Source of the DNA: Selaginella moellendorffii
Taxonomy: Eukaryota > Plantae > Lycopodiophyta
Length of the DNA: 64,000 nt
Direction: 5' to 3'
Assembly (NCBI RefSeq): GCF_000143415.4
Contig: NW_003314267.1
Location: 3,721,363-3,785,362 of the forward strand
Shown: positions 1-11,723 of the stretch, piece after piece
How positions within the stretch are numbered: the stretch's first letter is position 1
Layout: each line of letters opens with the position of its first letter
Position numbers and translations under genes: made by a program
The notes under the pieces: model-generated
Seen by the model: the letters and a program-made list of their open reading frames with translations, nothing else
Database searches by the model: none
What the model was told of the DNA's origin: nothing

Positions 1-1739
1 AACGTAAACAAGTTGTTTATAGACCGACCTGAACAGCTAAAATTCCAAGATCTGCCTCGATCTGAATTGACTTGTCAACCTCTCCACGCTTCTAGCCTGG
101 AAGGACACACATAAGCAAGTTCCGGAAGCTTCTGAAAGTGCTATATACGTGCAAGTGCAGACAATTTTGCCAGATATTAAAGCTTTCGTGGGATGTCGGT
201 TTTCCAATGCAGCAGTGAATCTTTTGAGGAAGAAGTCATGGAGCCAGAAAAGAGGATGCAGTAGCTTGGAGTTACTGAAGCGCTCTTCCTTCAATCCCTC
301 ATGCTGCAGACATAAGTAGCTGGTAGCCACTCAAGACAAGTTTTCTAAAGTGTCTGATAGCCACATCAAAGAAGATATTAGAAGCATGTACATCACATAA
401 GTAATATTTATTTGAGAAGCCAACTAAAATTTCAGCTGGATGTGCCAGGTATCAAATATTCAACTGAACATAGTCAAGCTATAACTAGGTAGGACATGTC
501 ATTGAAACGAAAGCTTATGCAAGGTTACTCCTCTATTGCATAGGTACACTTCGAGTAATCTCCTCTTGAGACATCACCATAAATGCTGGTGCATCAAATT
601 TATACCTATGTTAATTACTTCTTTTTTATGCGTATTATGTGTTACATCCTCCTAGCTTCCAAATTAAGTGATTAACCTTTGATCATGTATAAATTCTTAG
701 CCTCATAGGTTTTCTCTTCTGCAGTCAACTCTAACTTAGTTCCTTCAACTTGTCAATCCCACTTAAAAAGTCATTCAACCATGTAATATAGTTTTATACA
801 TACATATGTAAATCTTTAAATATAAACTTTCATTCAAAATTATCCTTTGAAAATGTAAGAATTACTCCCCCAATTTTAATAGCCTTGTTTCATGGGAAAT
901 TACACTTCTACTGTGCTACTTTGATTTCACATGTTCATATTTAACTTTTTAAGTATTAAAGCCTTTCTAATCACAAGTTTTTTATTTACCATTTACTCTA
1001 TTATAGACACTTTCATACCTTAGACTCTTCACAGTACCATGTTTGCAAATAGCAAACATTTAAGCTCACTCCTCAATTTTTATTTTTAGGTTTTATCCCT
1101 TTTATTAATTCTTGGATCTATATATTTCTTTCATTTATTGTTCTATATACTAAAGGGGTAATTTTATAATTCTTGCTTTCATACTTAAATTGGCTATGCT
1201 TATCTTATATTCCCACACATCAAGATTAATGTTGTTACTTATGGCTTTCATATACCCATTATTATCCATGCTAAAGTACTTTTGGGTATAAGTTATAAAT
1301 TTTTCTTTTCCAATTTGCTAACTTATCTTGTCTATCCAACCATCTTTAACTAAATTCCTTTGTTAAAATTCCAAAACATGTTTTATGTCTAGCAACTCTT
1401 TCCTGGCATAATCACAAATCATAACCGTGCTCAATGATATAAAGGCCATTTTATCACTTTGTTTTTGCCACATAATATTTTAGCCTACTGTACGAGGTAT
1501 GTAGCTCTCCATTGAAGTGAAAAATGGCTGTTTCACATAGGAAGTTGTTATGACGGTTTAAGCATGATGACTCAGGTCTGCTAACACATTTTTAAAGAAA
1601 AGTGGCGATTCTCTCTAAAAGAAGAAGTCAATCAGAAGCAAGCCAAAGAGAATCAGGTTATTGGGGGATCACACCATTTGCCTAGATGGTGGAGGCAGCG
1701 GCATCATCGCCATTCGTGGTGGTGACAATGATGGTGCTT

Positions 1740-1975
1740 CTGGGGTTCACGCACCTACAGTTCCTCCAAATCTCCCCGTTGGCCGACGTCTTGATCCTCA
1801 GCTCGCCCATCTTGAGCAGAGACCTCCGGAAGCGCAGCTGGAATCGGTTCTCGTCCCCGGCAAACGACCGCACGATGCTCTCCGTCTCCGACAAGCAAGC
1901 AAGCATGGTTTTTTCTGGGATGGAATCGAAGACTTCCTGAGTGTTGCGTAAATCCCCGCATTTGCCATTCTGGAG
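1740..1975 (-). pseudogene. Chimeric fragment: PPR motif remnant joined to a class III peroxidase C-terminus
   Basis: ORF 1682..1990 reads GKCGDLRNTQEVFDSIPEK (PLS-PPR motif), then IVRSFAGDENRFQLRFRRSLLKMGELRIKTSANGEIWRNCRCVN, matching the peroxidase C-terminal consensus F..SM.KMG.I...TG..GEIR.NCR.VN. Confidence 0.6.
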
Positions 1976-2282
1976 GCCGGTGGTGGACACTCTTGCCTTA
2001 TGCCCAAGCTCAAAAATCTCTCCTCTATGAGGCTTGCGAATCTTTGATGAGATTGTGAGAAGTTTCTGCTAGAGCTGCAAAATATCACAAACCAAGAATA
2101 TAGTCTATGATCCTGTGACCCATCGCTTGCGATTCATTTAACGAGAAGAAAAAGATCTTTTACATCAGCAAGCTTTTAGGGAAGGAGAAAAATCCAGAGC
2201 ATTGGAAAAGAACTTACGTTTTGGAAGAATAACCGTACAGAGTAGGTTCTTCCGTACAAGGAGATGGCGAAGAGCGCCTCTA

Positions 2283-2296
2283 TTTAGGGTTAGGGG
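2283..2296. promoter_or_regulatory. Telo-box-like element upstream of hslU
   Basis: TTTAGGGTTAGGGG about 40-55 bp upstream of the inferred ATG at 2337. Confidence 0.35.
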
Positions 2297-2336
2297 TTAC
2301 AATGGGCTCCAAGTGTAGCAGAGCTCAGGGCAGGGA

Positions 2337-4801
2337 ATGAGCGGCATCGGCGTCTTGTTTCGCCTTCGCCTCTCTAAGCTCGCGAGCGCGATTGGATTGG
2401 CGGATAGAGCGCGAGCATTCTCTTCCGGGAGGAAGGAATGGAAATGGGAATCGCGCGCTGCGTAAGTTTCCTTCACCAGGCATCGTAGAGATGCCACATT
2501 CTTTGTTATCTCGACTTCCTCGCATTCTTGTGTCTCCGAAAGATTGCGCTGATTCTTGTGATTTTTTCGATGCCACAGCTTCTGCCAGACGCATGGACCG
2601 AGAATGGATCCGGCAGCACCGTCGACTTCATCGTCTCAACCATCCGACGCGATGCCTGGTTCGATTAAAGTCACTGCTCTTCGTTTCTCTTGATCCTGGC
2701 GATCCCTGCAGACGAGCTTCTAGCGGCAGGAGCTCTTACTCCTGCGAAAGTGGTGGAGGTTTTGGATCGATACATAGTCGGGCAAACGGCAGCAAAACGG
2801 GCAGTCGCTGTGGCATTTCGTATGCGCTTTTCCAGAGCGTGGTGTAGGTGACTGTGGTAATACGTGCATCTCATGTGTCTTCTTCCTAGAGGGAATCACA
2901 GAGAAATTCTTGTTCGTGCTTTGTTGTGATTTTGCGCGCTCATCTGATTGGGATTGTTTCTACGTGTTTTTCTTGAGAGTCGGTGCGTTGGCTGACTATT
3001 TGTTTTGGTGATCGCTTTTTGCAGGAAATAGATGGCGCCGGCATCGCATCCCAGTTGAGTTGAGAGATGAAATTGTGCCCAAGAATATCCTTATGATTGG
3101 TCCAACAGGCTGTGGCAAGACAGAAATTGCTCGAAGGCTTGCGAAGATCTCTTACGCTCCATTTGTCAAGGTGATATTTGAATTTCGTATGAAGTTTGAG
3201 ATTAGTTTTTTCCTTTTTCCTGTTCTTTTCCTCTTTTGAAGGTCGAAGCCACAAAGTTTACTGAAGTTGGATTTCATGGGCGAGATGTAGATCAAATTAT
3301 CAGAGATTTGGTCGATAATGCAATTGTCCTGCAGCGGCAAAGGGTATAATTAACTTTCCTCTTAGCATATTGCTAACGACTACTTATACTAGATCCGCAC
3401 CAAGATTTCTAAAGAGGTGGAGAAGAGCGTTGAGGATCGAATTCTGGATGTTTTGGTTGGAGTTCAGCAGGTAAAACGGCGTCTTTTCTTGAGCTTGATA
3501 ACATTATTATTATTATTATTGTTTGTTTTGCTGTCGCAGGAGGAGATTAGTGAGAAAAGCTTAACGTCCATGGACATGTTCAGGAAACTGTACAGGGAAG
3601 GAGCAATCGACAACCGGAAAATTCAGCTGGATGTGCCGGAAGGACGAGTTCGTCTTCCTGTTGATGTGATGGGAAACGGCTTGCCTGTTAACGATCTGAT
3701 TTACAAGGTATCATCTCTGCTCATGGGAAATATATGTTCGTACTAAGATGGACATTGAGCAGGTGTTGAAGTCCCCCAAAGTGGAGCGACGTGAAATCAC
3801 GGTTGGGGAAGCAAGGCCGCTCTTGACAGAAATCGAAATGGAAAAGTACTTACAATCGGACCAAATTGTGAAGGACGCAATCCAGGTAGAAAATGATCAT
3901 TAGAATCTTGCTTGTTGTAAAGAGTGGCTTCACAGCTTACGGAGTCAGATGGTATTGTTTTCATTGACGAAATTGACAAAATAGTCACCACGAGCGAGAC
4001 AAGGCGCGGTGCTGATGCAAGTGCCGAGGGCGTCCAAAGGGATTTGCTACCAATCATTGAAGGAAGGTACGAACTTTCTTTCCCACCGGTTTTGGTTCTT
4101 GTTTTGTAATTAGTCTTACTGCAGTGTTGTGAACACGAAGTACGGCAATGTGAATACGGATCATATCCTGTTTATTTGCAGCGGTGCATTTCACTCCTGT
4201 AAACCAAGTGACATGCTTGCGGAATTGCAAGGAAGGCTGCCTATTCGTGTTGAACTGAAGGCCCTTCAACGCGAGGTACTGCCGTAATTAGATTCGTTTT
4301 TTGCTTCAATCCTTTGATGCAGGACTTGTATCGAATTTTAACAGAACCAGAGATAAACATGTTGAAGCAACAACAATTGCTACTTGAAACCGAAGGCGTT
4401 GAGCTGATATTTACCGAGGATGCGGTCAGAGAACTTGCAAATGTTGCTGCAGAGGTAGATTATGCTATTCCGTCTTTCACTTCCTAACCTTGCCTCTTCT
4501 CACTTCATGAAGGTGAACAGATCTCTGGATAACATAGGCGCGAGGAGATTGCACACGGTACAACTTTGCCTTGTTTTTTTAGCATGCAATACCGTTCTGT
4601 TGTTGAAGCAGGTGATTGAGAGAGTTGTGGAGGACATTAGTTTCAGTGCACCAGAGAGGGCGGGAGAGAAACTGATAATTGACAAGGAGGTAAATGCGTC
4701 CATACGGCTGCTCTCCATACTAACTGTGAAGCATGCAGAAAGTGAGGAAGTCCGTTGGGGACCTTCTCAACAAGATGGATCTTTCAAAATTTGTCTTGTA
4801 G
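2337..4801 (+). CDS. hslU: HslU/ClpY AAA+ ATPase subunit of the HslUV protease; multi-exon, probable mitochondrial presequence
   Basis: Spliced exons give [34 protein letters not shown], Walker [39 protein letters not shown], Walker [48 protein letters not shown] and C-tail DLSKFVL* (TAG 4799-4801). The N-terminus [30 protein letters not shown] is Arg/Ser-rich. Confidence 0.93.
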
Positions 4802-4972
4802 AGCGGGCAATTGAATTCATTCGGTTGGACACACAGGATTTCCAGGTTCTGTGCAAATGCGCTTGTTTTTGTTATCAATTGAAATTCTATGAAATTCTAT
4901 GAACAGGAAATATCTAAAGTTGGATTAGTAGGGGATGGAACGTCTTGAAGCAGTGCATATAAGAACTTGGGA

Positions 4973-6082
4973 TTAGTAGGTGGAGCAAGTTGATGGCACG
5001 TTTTGAAGCAGTGGAGTAGGGGGGTCGATGTACTGCCTCCTCAAGATGTTGTCAGCCATGACCCCGTAGAAATGCTGGGTGTAGTGAATTCCGTCCCAGC
5101 TCATATACTTGTTGGGATCGCTGCAAGGCGTCACGGTTCTATCGCAGCCACAGCCAACCAGTCCAGCTTTGCAGTTGTAGTCGCCTCCACCACCGCAGCA
5201 GGCACTATCGACGTTCACAAATCCCAGCTCGTACGAGTTCCTCAAGAAGTCGACGCTGGCCTCGTAGAAGTCGAAGTACATGAAGTTGGCAGAGGGGTAC
5301 TCGCAGCGCAGGGCATCCACGGTCTCCCTGATCTTCTCGTTGAAGGCCTGGACAAGGCTGTTCGCATCAATGACGCATCCCAGCTCGTCTTTGGCGGAGT
5401 ACTTGCCCCTGGCGAGATAGATCGGGGTGCAGCCAGCAGCAGGCATGTTGAAGATGAGGAAGTGGACAGCAGAGCCATTGACATGGAGGTTGGCGATGGA
5501 ATCCTTCAAGCTCTGGACGACTCTGGGGATGACGTTCTGGACGATGCTTTCGTACGACAGGTTCCCAGGGACGAGAGCGAAGTTGATGTCGTTGCCACCG
5601 ATCTCGATGTAGTAGAGCGCGTTGCTGAAGAGGCGGGCGGCGGTGGCGTTGGAGCTGACGACCTGCTGCTGGTAGCCGAGGAACTGCGCGACTTGAGCTG
5701 GAAGGATATCAGGATTCATGTTGGGATACGGCTGGGGGAGAACGGTGGCTCCAGCAGAACCAAAGCCGAGGCTGGCATAGGTCGTGTCGCTGGGGTCCCT
5801 GGCCAGGCTCGGCTTCTCCATCACGCCCGTGAAGCGCGTGTTCAAGAAGTCGATGATGAGGTAGCCGTCGGAGAAGCGGCCAGTGACCTCGCCGATGGTC
5901 ATGCCATAAGGTGGATAGTCGGCATCAACAGCGCCAGGCAAGGCGAGCTTGAGATTGCCCGTGTCCGAGAGAGAGTCCGTGAAGCCAAAGACCGCGTTGG
6001 GAATCACGTAAGGATACACTGCAGCCTGGACGACGATGGAGCCAATCAAGAAGAAAGAAAGCAAAGCTAGAAGAGAAGCCAT
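4973..6082 (-). CDS. Secreted GDSL/SGNH esterase-lipase, intronless
   Basis: 369-aa ORF with signal peptide, block I FTDSLSDTGN, PPYG, TGRFSDG, block III IGGND and block V WDGIHYT. Confidence 0.93.
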   Translation of the reverse strand: MASLLALLSFFLIGSIVVQAAVYPYVIPNAVFGFTDSLSDTGNLKLALPGAVDADYPPYGMTIGEVTGRFSDGYLIIDFLNTRFTGVMEKPSLARDPSDTTYASLGFGSAGATVLPQPYPNMNPDILPAQVAQFLGYQQQVVSSNATAARLFSNALYYIEIGGNDINFALVPGNLSYESIVQNVIPRVVQSLKDSIANLHVNGSAVHFLIFNMPAAGCTPIYLARGKYSAKDELGCVIDANSLVQAFNEKIRETVDALRCEYPSANFMYFDFYEASVDFLRNSYELGFVNVDSACCGGGGDYNCKAGLVGCGCDRTVTPCSDPNKYMSWDGIHYTQHFYGVMADNILRRQYIDPPTPLLQNVPSTCSTY

Positions 6083-6162
6083 TGTTGCGTGCTGAGTTTA
6101 GAGCTCGAGGAGTCGTTTATATCCTTCGAATCGTCGGTAAAATTAGAGCTTGCAATATATTT

Positions 6163-8178
6163 TTATAAAGATCCTACTACGTACAAGTTGGCAAGCGTTA
6201 TTCTGGGCGATGCAATGCTTGGGTTCGAGGATAACACGAGATTTGCTGCTTGCTCGCCACCTTTGACGTCGCCATGCATGAATGAAGTTCCGAGTAGTGT
6301 ATTATAGGGGACGATGTCGCTGGACGAGCTCCATTTGCTACTCGCGGCGGCGGCGAGCTCCCGGGCCTGTGCCAGGCGCCCGGATCGTCCCAAGAGATCG
6401 ACAATGCAGCAGTAGTGGTGGCACCACGGAGTTAAGTTGTGATCGCTCAGCATCGAGACGAAGAGGGCGAGAGCCTCTCGGAGGAGGCCGCGGTGGCTGC
6501 AAGAAACGAGAGAGTTGAGGAAGGAGATCTCGTCGGGTGCTCGGCCTTCGAGGAGCAACTTGGTCGCGAAGATCTCGAGAGCTTCTCGTCCTCGCCCGCA
6601 CTGGGCGTACGTGGAGATCATGGCGTTCACCGAGGCCAAGTCGTGCTCGGGCATGGAGTGGAACGTGAGCTTGGCTCGCTCGAGGTGACCATTGCGAGCA
6701 AATGCCGCGGCCAAGCATCCCCACGAGACCGCGTCCCGCTCGGGCATCGAGCAAAAGAGCTCCATCGCCGATTGCAAATCGCCCTCTTGGCCGAAGAACT
6801 GGAGCATCAGGCTCCACGATGCCAGATCCCACACCGGCATTGAATCAAACGCTTGCCTTGCAGAGATCGCGTCCCCGGTTACCAGCAGCAGCAGCAGCCA
6901 CGAATTCCACGAGAAAACGTCGCGCTCTGGCATCCGATCAAAGGCCATCTTGGCTTCCTCCGCTCGCCGGTTCTGCACGAACGCGTGGAGGAGCGCATTC
7001 CAGGAGATTGAGTCGCGCTCCTCCATCCTATCGAACATCTCTTTGGCAGCGTCGAGATGCCCGTTTTGAGCATACGCTACGATGCCCATGTTGCACGCCA
7101 CCATGTCCACCTCAGGTAGCATGCTGAAAACACTTGCAAACTCTACCATCTTTCCACTGTCTGAAAATCCCTGTAGCATTGCCGTAAACACTACAACGTT
7201 CCTCAGAGGCATATTTTTGAAGGCGATCATGGCGTTTTTGAGATGCCCTTTCGAGATATATGCCGATATGAGACTCGTCCAGGTGATGATGTCGGGATCA
7301 GGAGTCGATCGAAAGAATAACTCAGCCTCCTCAATCTCACCTCTTTGTCCGTGCCCAGCGATCATCGAGTTCCAAGCGGCTGTGCCTCGAAAAGGCGCTG
7401 CATCAAACAAGTTCTTGGCTATACACATTTGCCCCTTCAGGGCATATGCTGAAATTACAGTGTTCCAAGAAGCTTGGTCGTGCTCAGGCATAGAATCAAA
7501 AAGAAGCTTAGCAGTATCACAATCTCCATTTGCAATGTAAGCGCTGAGAATGCAGCTCCAGGACACCAAGTTCCTCTCGAGCATCGAATCAAAAATGGCT
7601 CTAGCGCTAGCTAGGTCCCGTGCCCCGGCAAATGCGTCTAGCATGGCAGTCCAGGAAACGACGCTCCACTCCGGCATGCGATCAAACATGATCCATGCTT
7701 CCCGAGTCATTCCTTTCTTTGCATACCCACTGATCATTGAATTCCACGACACAACGCTACGATCCTCCATGCTATCAAACGTAGCTTTTGCTTCAAGCAT
7801 GTGCCCGGCTTGGGCATATGCTGCAATGAGTATGTTCCAGGATACAACATCCCTCGCGGCTGCTTGATCAAAAAGAACTTTGAGTTTCTCAACGTTCCTA
7901 CGCTTGCTGTGTAAATTAAGAATGAAATTGAGGGAGTGGGCGCTGGGATGGTGGAGTTGTTTGTAGACATCGTACGCTTCATCGGTGCACCCACACTGGC
8001 AATACATTTGTACGAGCAGATTGCCGAGACGCTGGTTTGCTGCATGCTGTGATTGGAGAATGCAGCCATGGACTTGCTTTGCAAGAGTTGGATTCTTGGC
8101 TTTGCCACAAGATTTAACCTTTGCAACGAGATGCTTGAGAGAGAAAGGCGACTCAAACGTCAATGGCTCCACTTCCAT
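6163..8178 (-). CDS. PLS-class pentatricopeptide repeat protein with E-domain-like C-terminus, no DYW
   Basis: 671-aa ORF with repeated 'FD.M.E.D.VSWN..I.AYA..G' motifs and a terminal HYCCIVDLLGRSG...LANLY. Confidence 0.92.
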   Translation of the reverse strand: MEVEPLTFESPFSLKHLVAKVKSCGKAKNPTLAKQVHGCILQSQHAANQRLGNLLVQMYCQCGCTDEAYDVYKQLHHPSAHSLNFILNLHSKRRNVEKLKVLFDQAAARDVVSWNILIAAYAQAGHMLEAKATFDSMEDRSVVSWNSMISGYAKKGMTREAWIMFDRMPEWSVVSWTAMLDAFAGARDLASARAIFDSMLERNLVSWSCILSAYIANGDCDTAKLLFDSMPEHDQASWNTVISAYALKGQMCIAKNLFDAAPFRGTAAWNSMIAGHGQRGEIEEAELFFRSTPDPDIITWTSLISAYISKGHLKNAMIAFKNMPLRNVVVFTAMLQGFSDSGKMVEFASVFSMLPEVDMVACNMGIVAYAQNGHLDAAKEMFDRMEERDSISWNALLHAFVQNRRAEEAKMAFDRMPERDVFSWNSWLLLLLVTGDAISARQAFDSMPVWDLASWSLMLQFFGQEGDLQSAMELFCSMPERDAVSWGCLAAAFARNGHLERAKLTFHSMPEHDLASVNAMISTYAQCGRGREALEIFATKLLLEGRAPDEISFLNSLVSCSHRGLLREALALFVSMLSDHNLTPWCHHYCCIVDLLGRSGRLAQARELAAAASSKWSSSSDIVPYNTLLGTSFMHGDVKGGEQAANLVLSSNPSIASPRITLANLYVVGSL

Positions 8179-8257
8179 GCAAGAGAAAACTCACTGTATA
8201 TTTTTACACAATCCCATGAACTCCAGGAAGAGTTTCCAGGAGGAAGTGATTCTTCCT

Positions 8258-10213
8258 TCACGTTACTACACCTGCTAGCAATTCATACGATGACGATCTC
8301 GCTGGATTGAGCTTCAACACATTCATGGCCGCGGAAACTCCAATCACGGCCTGCTTGTGGTTCCGGCAAGCTCCAAGCAAGCAACTCCAGTCTCGAGCCT
8401 CGGGAGCATACGGCATGTTTGCAATCACCTCCCTCGCATCGCCCAGGTATCCAGCACGTCCCAGGAGATCGATCACGCAGCTGTAGTGCTGCTTGCTGGG
8501 CTTCAGTTCATAGTCTCGGATCATCGACACGAAGAAGCTGTGGCCGGTTGCAACATCGCCCGCATGGCTACACCCGGAGAGGATGTTCATGACGCCAACT
8601 TCGTCCGGATCAAACCCATCCGCCACCATTCTCCCAAACAATCCAAGTCCCTCCTCCAGATGCCCGGCCTGGCAACACATCGACAGCACCGTGCTACGCG
8701 AAACACAGTCCACCTCGGGCATTCTCGCAAACATCTCCGCCACCTTTCCGAGGCTTCCGCGCTGCACAAGCCCCGCGAGCACCGAGTTCCACGACATGAC
8801 ATCCCGAGCTGGAACGCTGTGGAGCAAAAAAATCGCCTCTTCCAAGTCTCCTGCGTGGATCCAAGCAGCCACCATCGCGTTGCAAGCCGCTATGTCCCAC
8901 TCGGGCATCGCTAGAAACACGCGCTCGGCCTCTTCGATATGCCCGGACTGGGCATAGCCAGCCAGAAGCGAGCACCACGATATAGCGTTCCGGGCCTTCA
9001 TCGTGTCAAACACAAACTTTGCCTGCTCGATCTGGCCGCGGTGGGAGTAAGCCGCGAGCAAGCAGTTCCAGGATCCCACGTCCCAGCACGGCATTCTCTC
9101 AAAGAGCCCTTTTGCCTGATCCAAGTCTCCATTCTCCGAGTACGCAGCCAGCATCAAGTTCCACGATATGAGATTGCTCTCCTCCATCGCGGAGAAGAGC
9201 GACTTTGCCTCGCCAAGCATCCCGCTGCAAGAGTAGACGTTGAGCATCACGTTCCAGGAGATGGCATTTCGATCGGGCATGGAATCAAACAACGCCTTGG
9301 CCTTGTCGTATCGTTTGCTCTGAGCGAATGCAGCGAGCATGGCCGTCCAAGACACCAAGTTCCTCTCCGGCATCACATCGAAGAGGCTCTTCGCCAACCC
9401 AAGGCTGCCGTTTTGGGCATAGCCAGAAACCATGGCCGTCCACGACACGATGTTCTTCTCCGGCATCCGATCAAACATAAACTTGGCCTGGTCAAGATGC
9501 TTGTTCTGGGCGTATGCAGTGAGCATGGCAGTCGTAGACACGAGATTCCACTCCGGCATCGATTCAAATACAGACTTCGCAAGAACTAGCCCCCCTTCCT
9601 CTGAAGACGCAGCGAGGATCGCGTTCCAAGAGCTCAGTCTGCGGCCAGGCATAGTCTCGAAAACTTCTTTGGCTCTTCCAAAATGCCCGTTCTGGGCATA
9701 TCCAGCAAGGAGCGCATTCCACGACACCACGTCTTTCTCCGGGATACGATCAAACACCACCTTCGCCTCGTCAACGCTTCCGTTTTGTAAATAGGCAGTA
9801 AGGATTGAGTTCCAAGAAACAAGGCTCCTCTCCGGCATCCTCTCAAACACAAACTTGGCTTTCTCCAAATGCCCCCTTTGGGCATATGCGGCAAGCATGA
9901 CATTCCACGACGCCACACCTCTCTCGGCACGCAAATCAAACATCGCCTCGGCGTCCTTGAATCTCCTGTTCTGCGTGTACACCGCCAGCATCGAGCCCCA
10001 CGTAATCTCGTCCCTCTCCACCATGCGATCGAACACCCATCGCGCATCCTCGGCACTGCCGTAGCTCCCAAACTTGCGAATGAGCAAATTCGCCTCATAC
10101 ACGGAGTCAAATCCTCGCTTGGCAGTAGCAATCTGGGCCGAGACACGCCGCAAATCCCCCACACTCGTGCAAGATTCGATGAGCTCCACGGATTCCTGCG
10201 CTGCCCATCTCAT
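8258..10213 (-). CDS. PLS-class pentatricopeptide repeat protein with E-domain-like C-terminus, no DYW
   Basis: 651-aa ORF with many short PPR motifs and a terminal HYSCVIDLLGRAG...WSCLLGACRNH. Confidence 0.92.
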   Translation of the reverse strand: MRWAAQESVELIESCTSVGDLRRVSAQIATAKRGFDSVYEANLLIRKFGSYGSAEDARWVFDRMVERDEITWGSMLAVYTQNRRFKDAEAMFDLRAERGVASWNVMLAAYAQRGHLEKAKFVFERMPERSLVSWNSILTAYLQNGSVDEAKVVFDRIPEKDVVSWNALLAGYAQNGHFGRAKEVFETMPGRRLSSWNAILAASSEEGGLVLAKSVFESMPEWNLVSTTAMLTAYAQNKHLDQAKFMFDRMPEKNIVSWTAMVSGYAQNGSLGLAKSLFDVMPERNLVSWTAMLAAFAQSKRYDKAKALFDSMPDRNAISWNVMLNVYSCSGMLGEAKSLFSAMEESNLISWNLMLAAYSENGDLDQAKGLFERMPCWDVGSWNCLLAAYSHRGQIEQAKFVFDTMKARNAISWCSLLAGYAQSGHIEEAERVFLAMPEWDIAACNAMVAAWIHAGDLEEAIFLLHSVPARDVMSWNSVLAGLVQRGSLGKVAEMFARMPEVDCVSRSTVLSMCCQAGHLEEGLGLFGRMVADGFDPDEVGVMNILSGCSHAGDVATGHSFFVSMIRDYELKPSKQHYSCVIDLLGRAGYLGDAREVIANMPYAPEARDWSCLLGACRNHKQAVIGVSAAMNVLKLNPARSSSYELLAGVVT

Positions 10214-10269
10214 GATCTCTCATCTCGAGCAAAGCAAAGCGATTTCCTGGATAGATCCAAGCACACCCA

Positions 10270-11649
10270 TCACGATCGCAGCCCCTTCTCGATCGAGCTA
10301 AACGGCTTCGCGACGCGGTGATTGACGCGAGTGTAGTCCCCAGTGGTGAGCTTCACCCATTCCGTCTCGTCCCGGCACTTCTTCCTCACGTCCGCGTCCT
10401 CGAGATCCAGCCCCTCGATCTCCGCGAACATCCTCTCGGCGTCGTCCACCTCCGGACACCTCCGATAGTTTCGTATCAGGTAGGACTTGTAGATCTCGTC
10501 GCTGCGCACGCCATGACTGCGCATCGTCGAGTGGACGATCTTGCAGTCCTCGAATCCCGTGCACGCCGCCAGCGCCGCGAGGTAGATGCACCGATCGGGG
10601 GTGACGTTCTTGCGCAACATCTCACGGAAGACAAGGATCGCGTCCTTGAACGCGAACGCCGCGACGTAGGCCTCGATGAGCGCGCGGTACATGTTCACGT
10701 TGTGGTTCTCCTCGCCAGCGCCATCGAAGATCGCCCTCGCGGCCTTGAGATCGCCGCAGCGCGAGAACATCGCCATGAGCTGGACCTGGAGGAAGCTGTT
10801 GTCCTCGAGATTGGCCATCACCACGATCGTCTGGACGACGCGGGCTTGCTCCAGATCGGCCGGGCACTCGTAGCGATCCATGAGCTCCGTGAATTCGTTC
10901 TTGCTCAGCACCAGGATCCCCTCGAGCAGCAGCCTCTGGAACAGCACCGCGGCCTCCCGCAAATGCCCAAACTCGGCATTTGCTGCGATCATCGCGATCC
11001 ACGGCGGCACGAATCCCTGGCGCTCCACCTTGGCGAAGCAGGCGCTGGAATCGGCGAGGCTCTCGCACTTGGCGTACATGTTGATGAGCGCGGCCGCGAC
11101 GCTGGGTCGCTTCTCCAGCGCGCTGCGCACGATCGCGGCGTGGATGGCCTTGCCCTCCTTGAGCGCGGCGGGGCCGACGCAAGCGCGAAGAACCGCGAGG
11201 TAGGCGCCCTCGTCGGGGAAGATGGGCACGAGCTTCATCTTGAGGAAGAGCTCGCGCGCGGTCTTGTGCTGGGAGTTCTTGGCGTGCGCCTCGACCACGC
11301 TCGTCCACGCGATGATCTCCTTGGAGAGGATCTCCGCGAAGGCGCGGCGCGCCTCGTCCGGGCGGCCGCATTTGCCATACATCTGCGTGAGCTTGATCCC
11401 GGGGACGCGGTTGCGCTCGAGGCGATTGAGATGGATGTGGGCGTGGACGTCCTGGCCCTCCTGGAGCGCGCGGAGCTTGCCGCACAGGTCGAGGATGTTG
11501 GCGTAGTCCTCGTCCTCGAGGCGCTTGTTCCACGAGTTCATCTCGTGGACCAGCGCCGCCAGCTGCGCGCGGTCGCGGTTGCTGTTGTAGAGGCTGCGGT
11601 CGAAGCGCGCGTGGATCTTGAGTGTGATCCAGCGCTTGAAGATATTCAT
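10270..11649 (-). CDS. Divergent PLS-type PPR protein
   Basis: Motifs QMYGKCGRPDEARRAF, LINMYAKCESL, MFSRCGDLKAARAIFD. The likely start is Met74 of the 532-aa ORF (ATG at 11649), which avoids overlap with the next gene and follows AACCCTAA telo-like boxes at ~11671-11700. Confidence 0.85.
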   Translation of the reverse strand: MNIFKRWITLKIHARFDRSLYNSNRDRAQLAALVHEMNSWNKRLEDEDYANILDLCGKLRALQEGQDVHAHIHLNRLERNRVPGIKLTQMYGKCGRPDEARRAFAEILSKEIIAWTSVVEAHAKNSQHKTARELFLKMKLVPIFPDEGAYLAVLRACVGPAALKEGKAIHAAIVRSALEKRPSVAAALINMYAKCESLADSSACFAKVERQGFVPPWIAMIAANAEFGHLREAAVLFQRLLLEGILVLSKNEFTELMDRYECPADLEQARVVQTIVVMANLEDNSFLQVQLMAMFSRCGDLKAARAIFDGAGEENHNVNMYRALIEAYVAAFAFKDAILVFREMLRKNVTPDRCIYLAALAACTGFEDCKIVHSTMRSHGVRSDEIYKSYLIRNYRRCPEVDDAERMFAEIEGLDLEDADVRKKCRDETEWVKLTTGDYTRVNHRVAKPFSSIEKGLRS

Positions 11650-11723
11650 GATCTCCTTGGTTTCGCCAAGAACCCTAATTTCATGATCCAAGAACCCTAA
11701 TTTCTTTCTTTGCGCGAGCTGGG

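Noticed and set aside
1-1600. Short ORF and AT-rich sequence as a possible transposase remnant
   Set aside because: Too decayed to support a call.
5003-6070. 355-aa ORF on the + strand
   Set aside because: Antisense shadow of the GC3-rich GDSL gene; no recognisable motifs.
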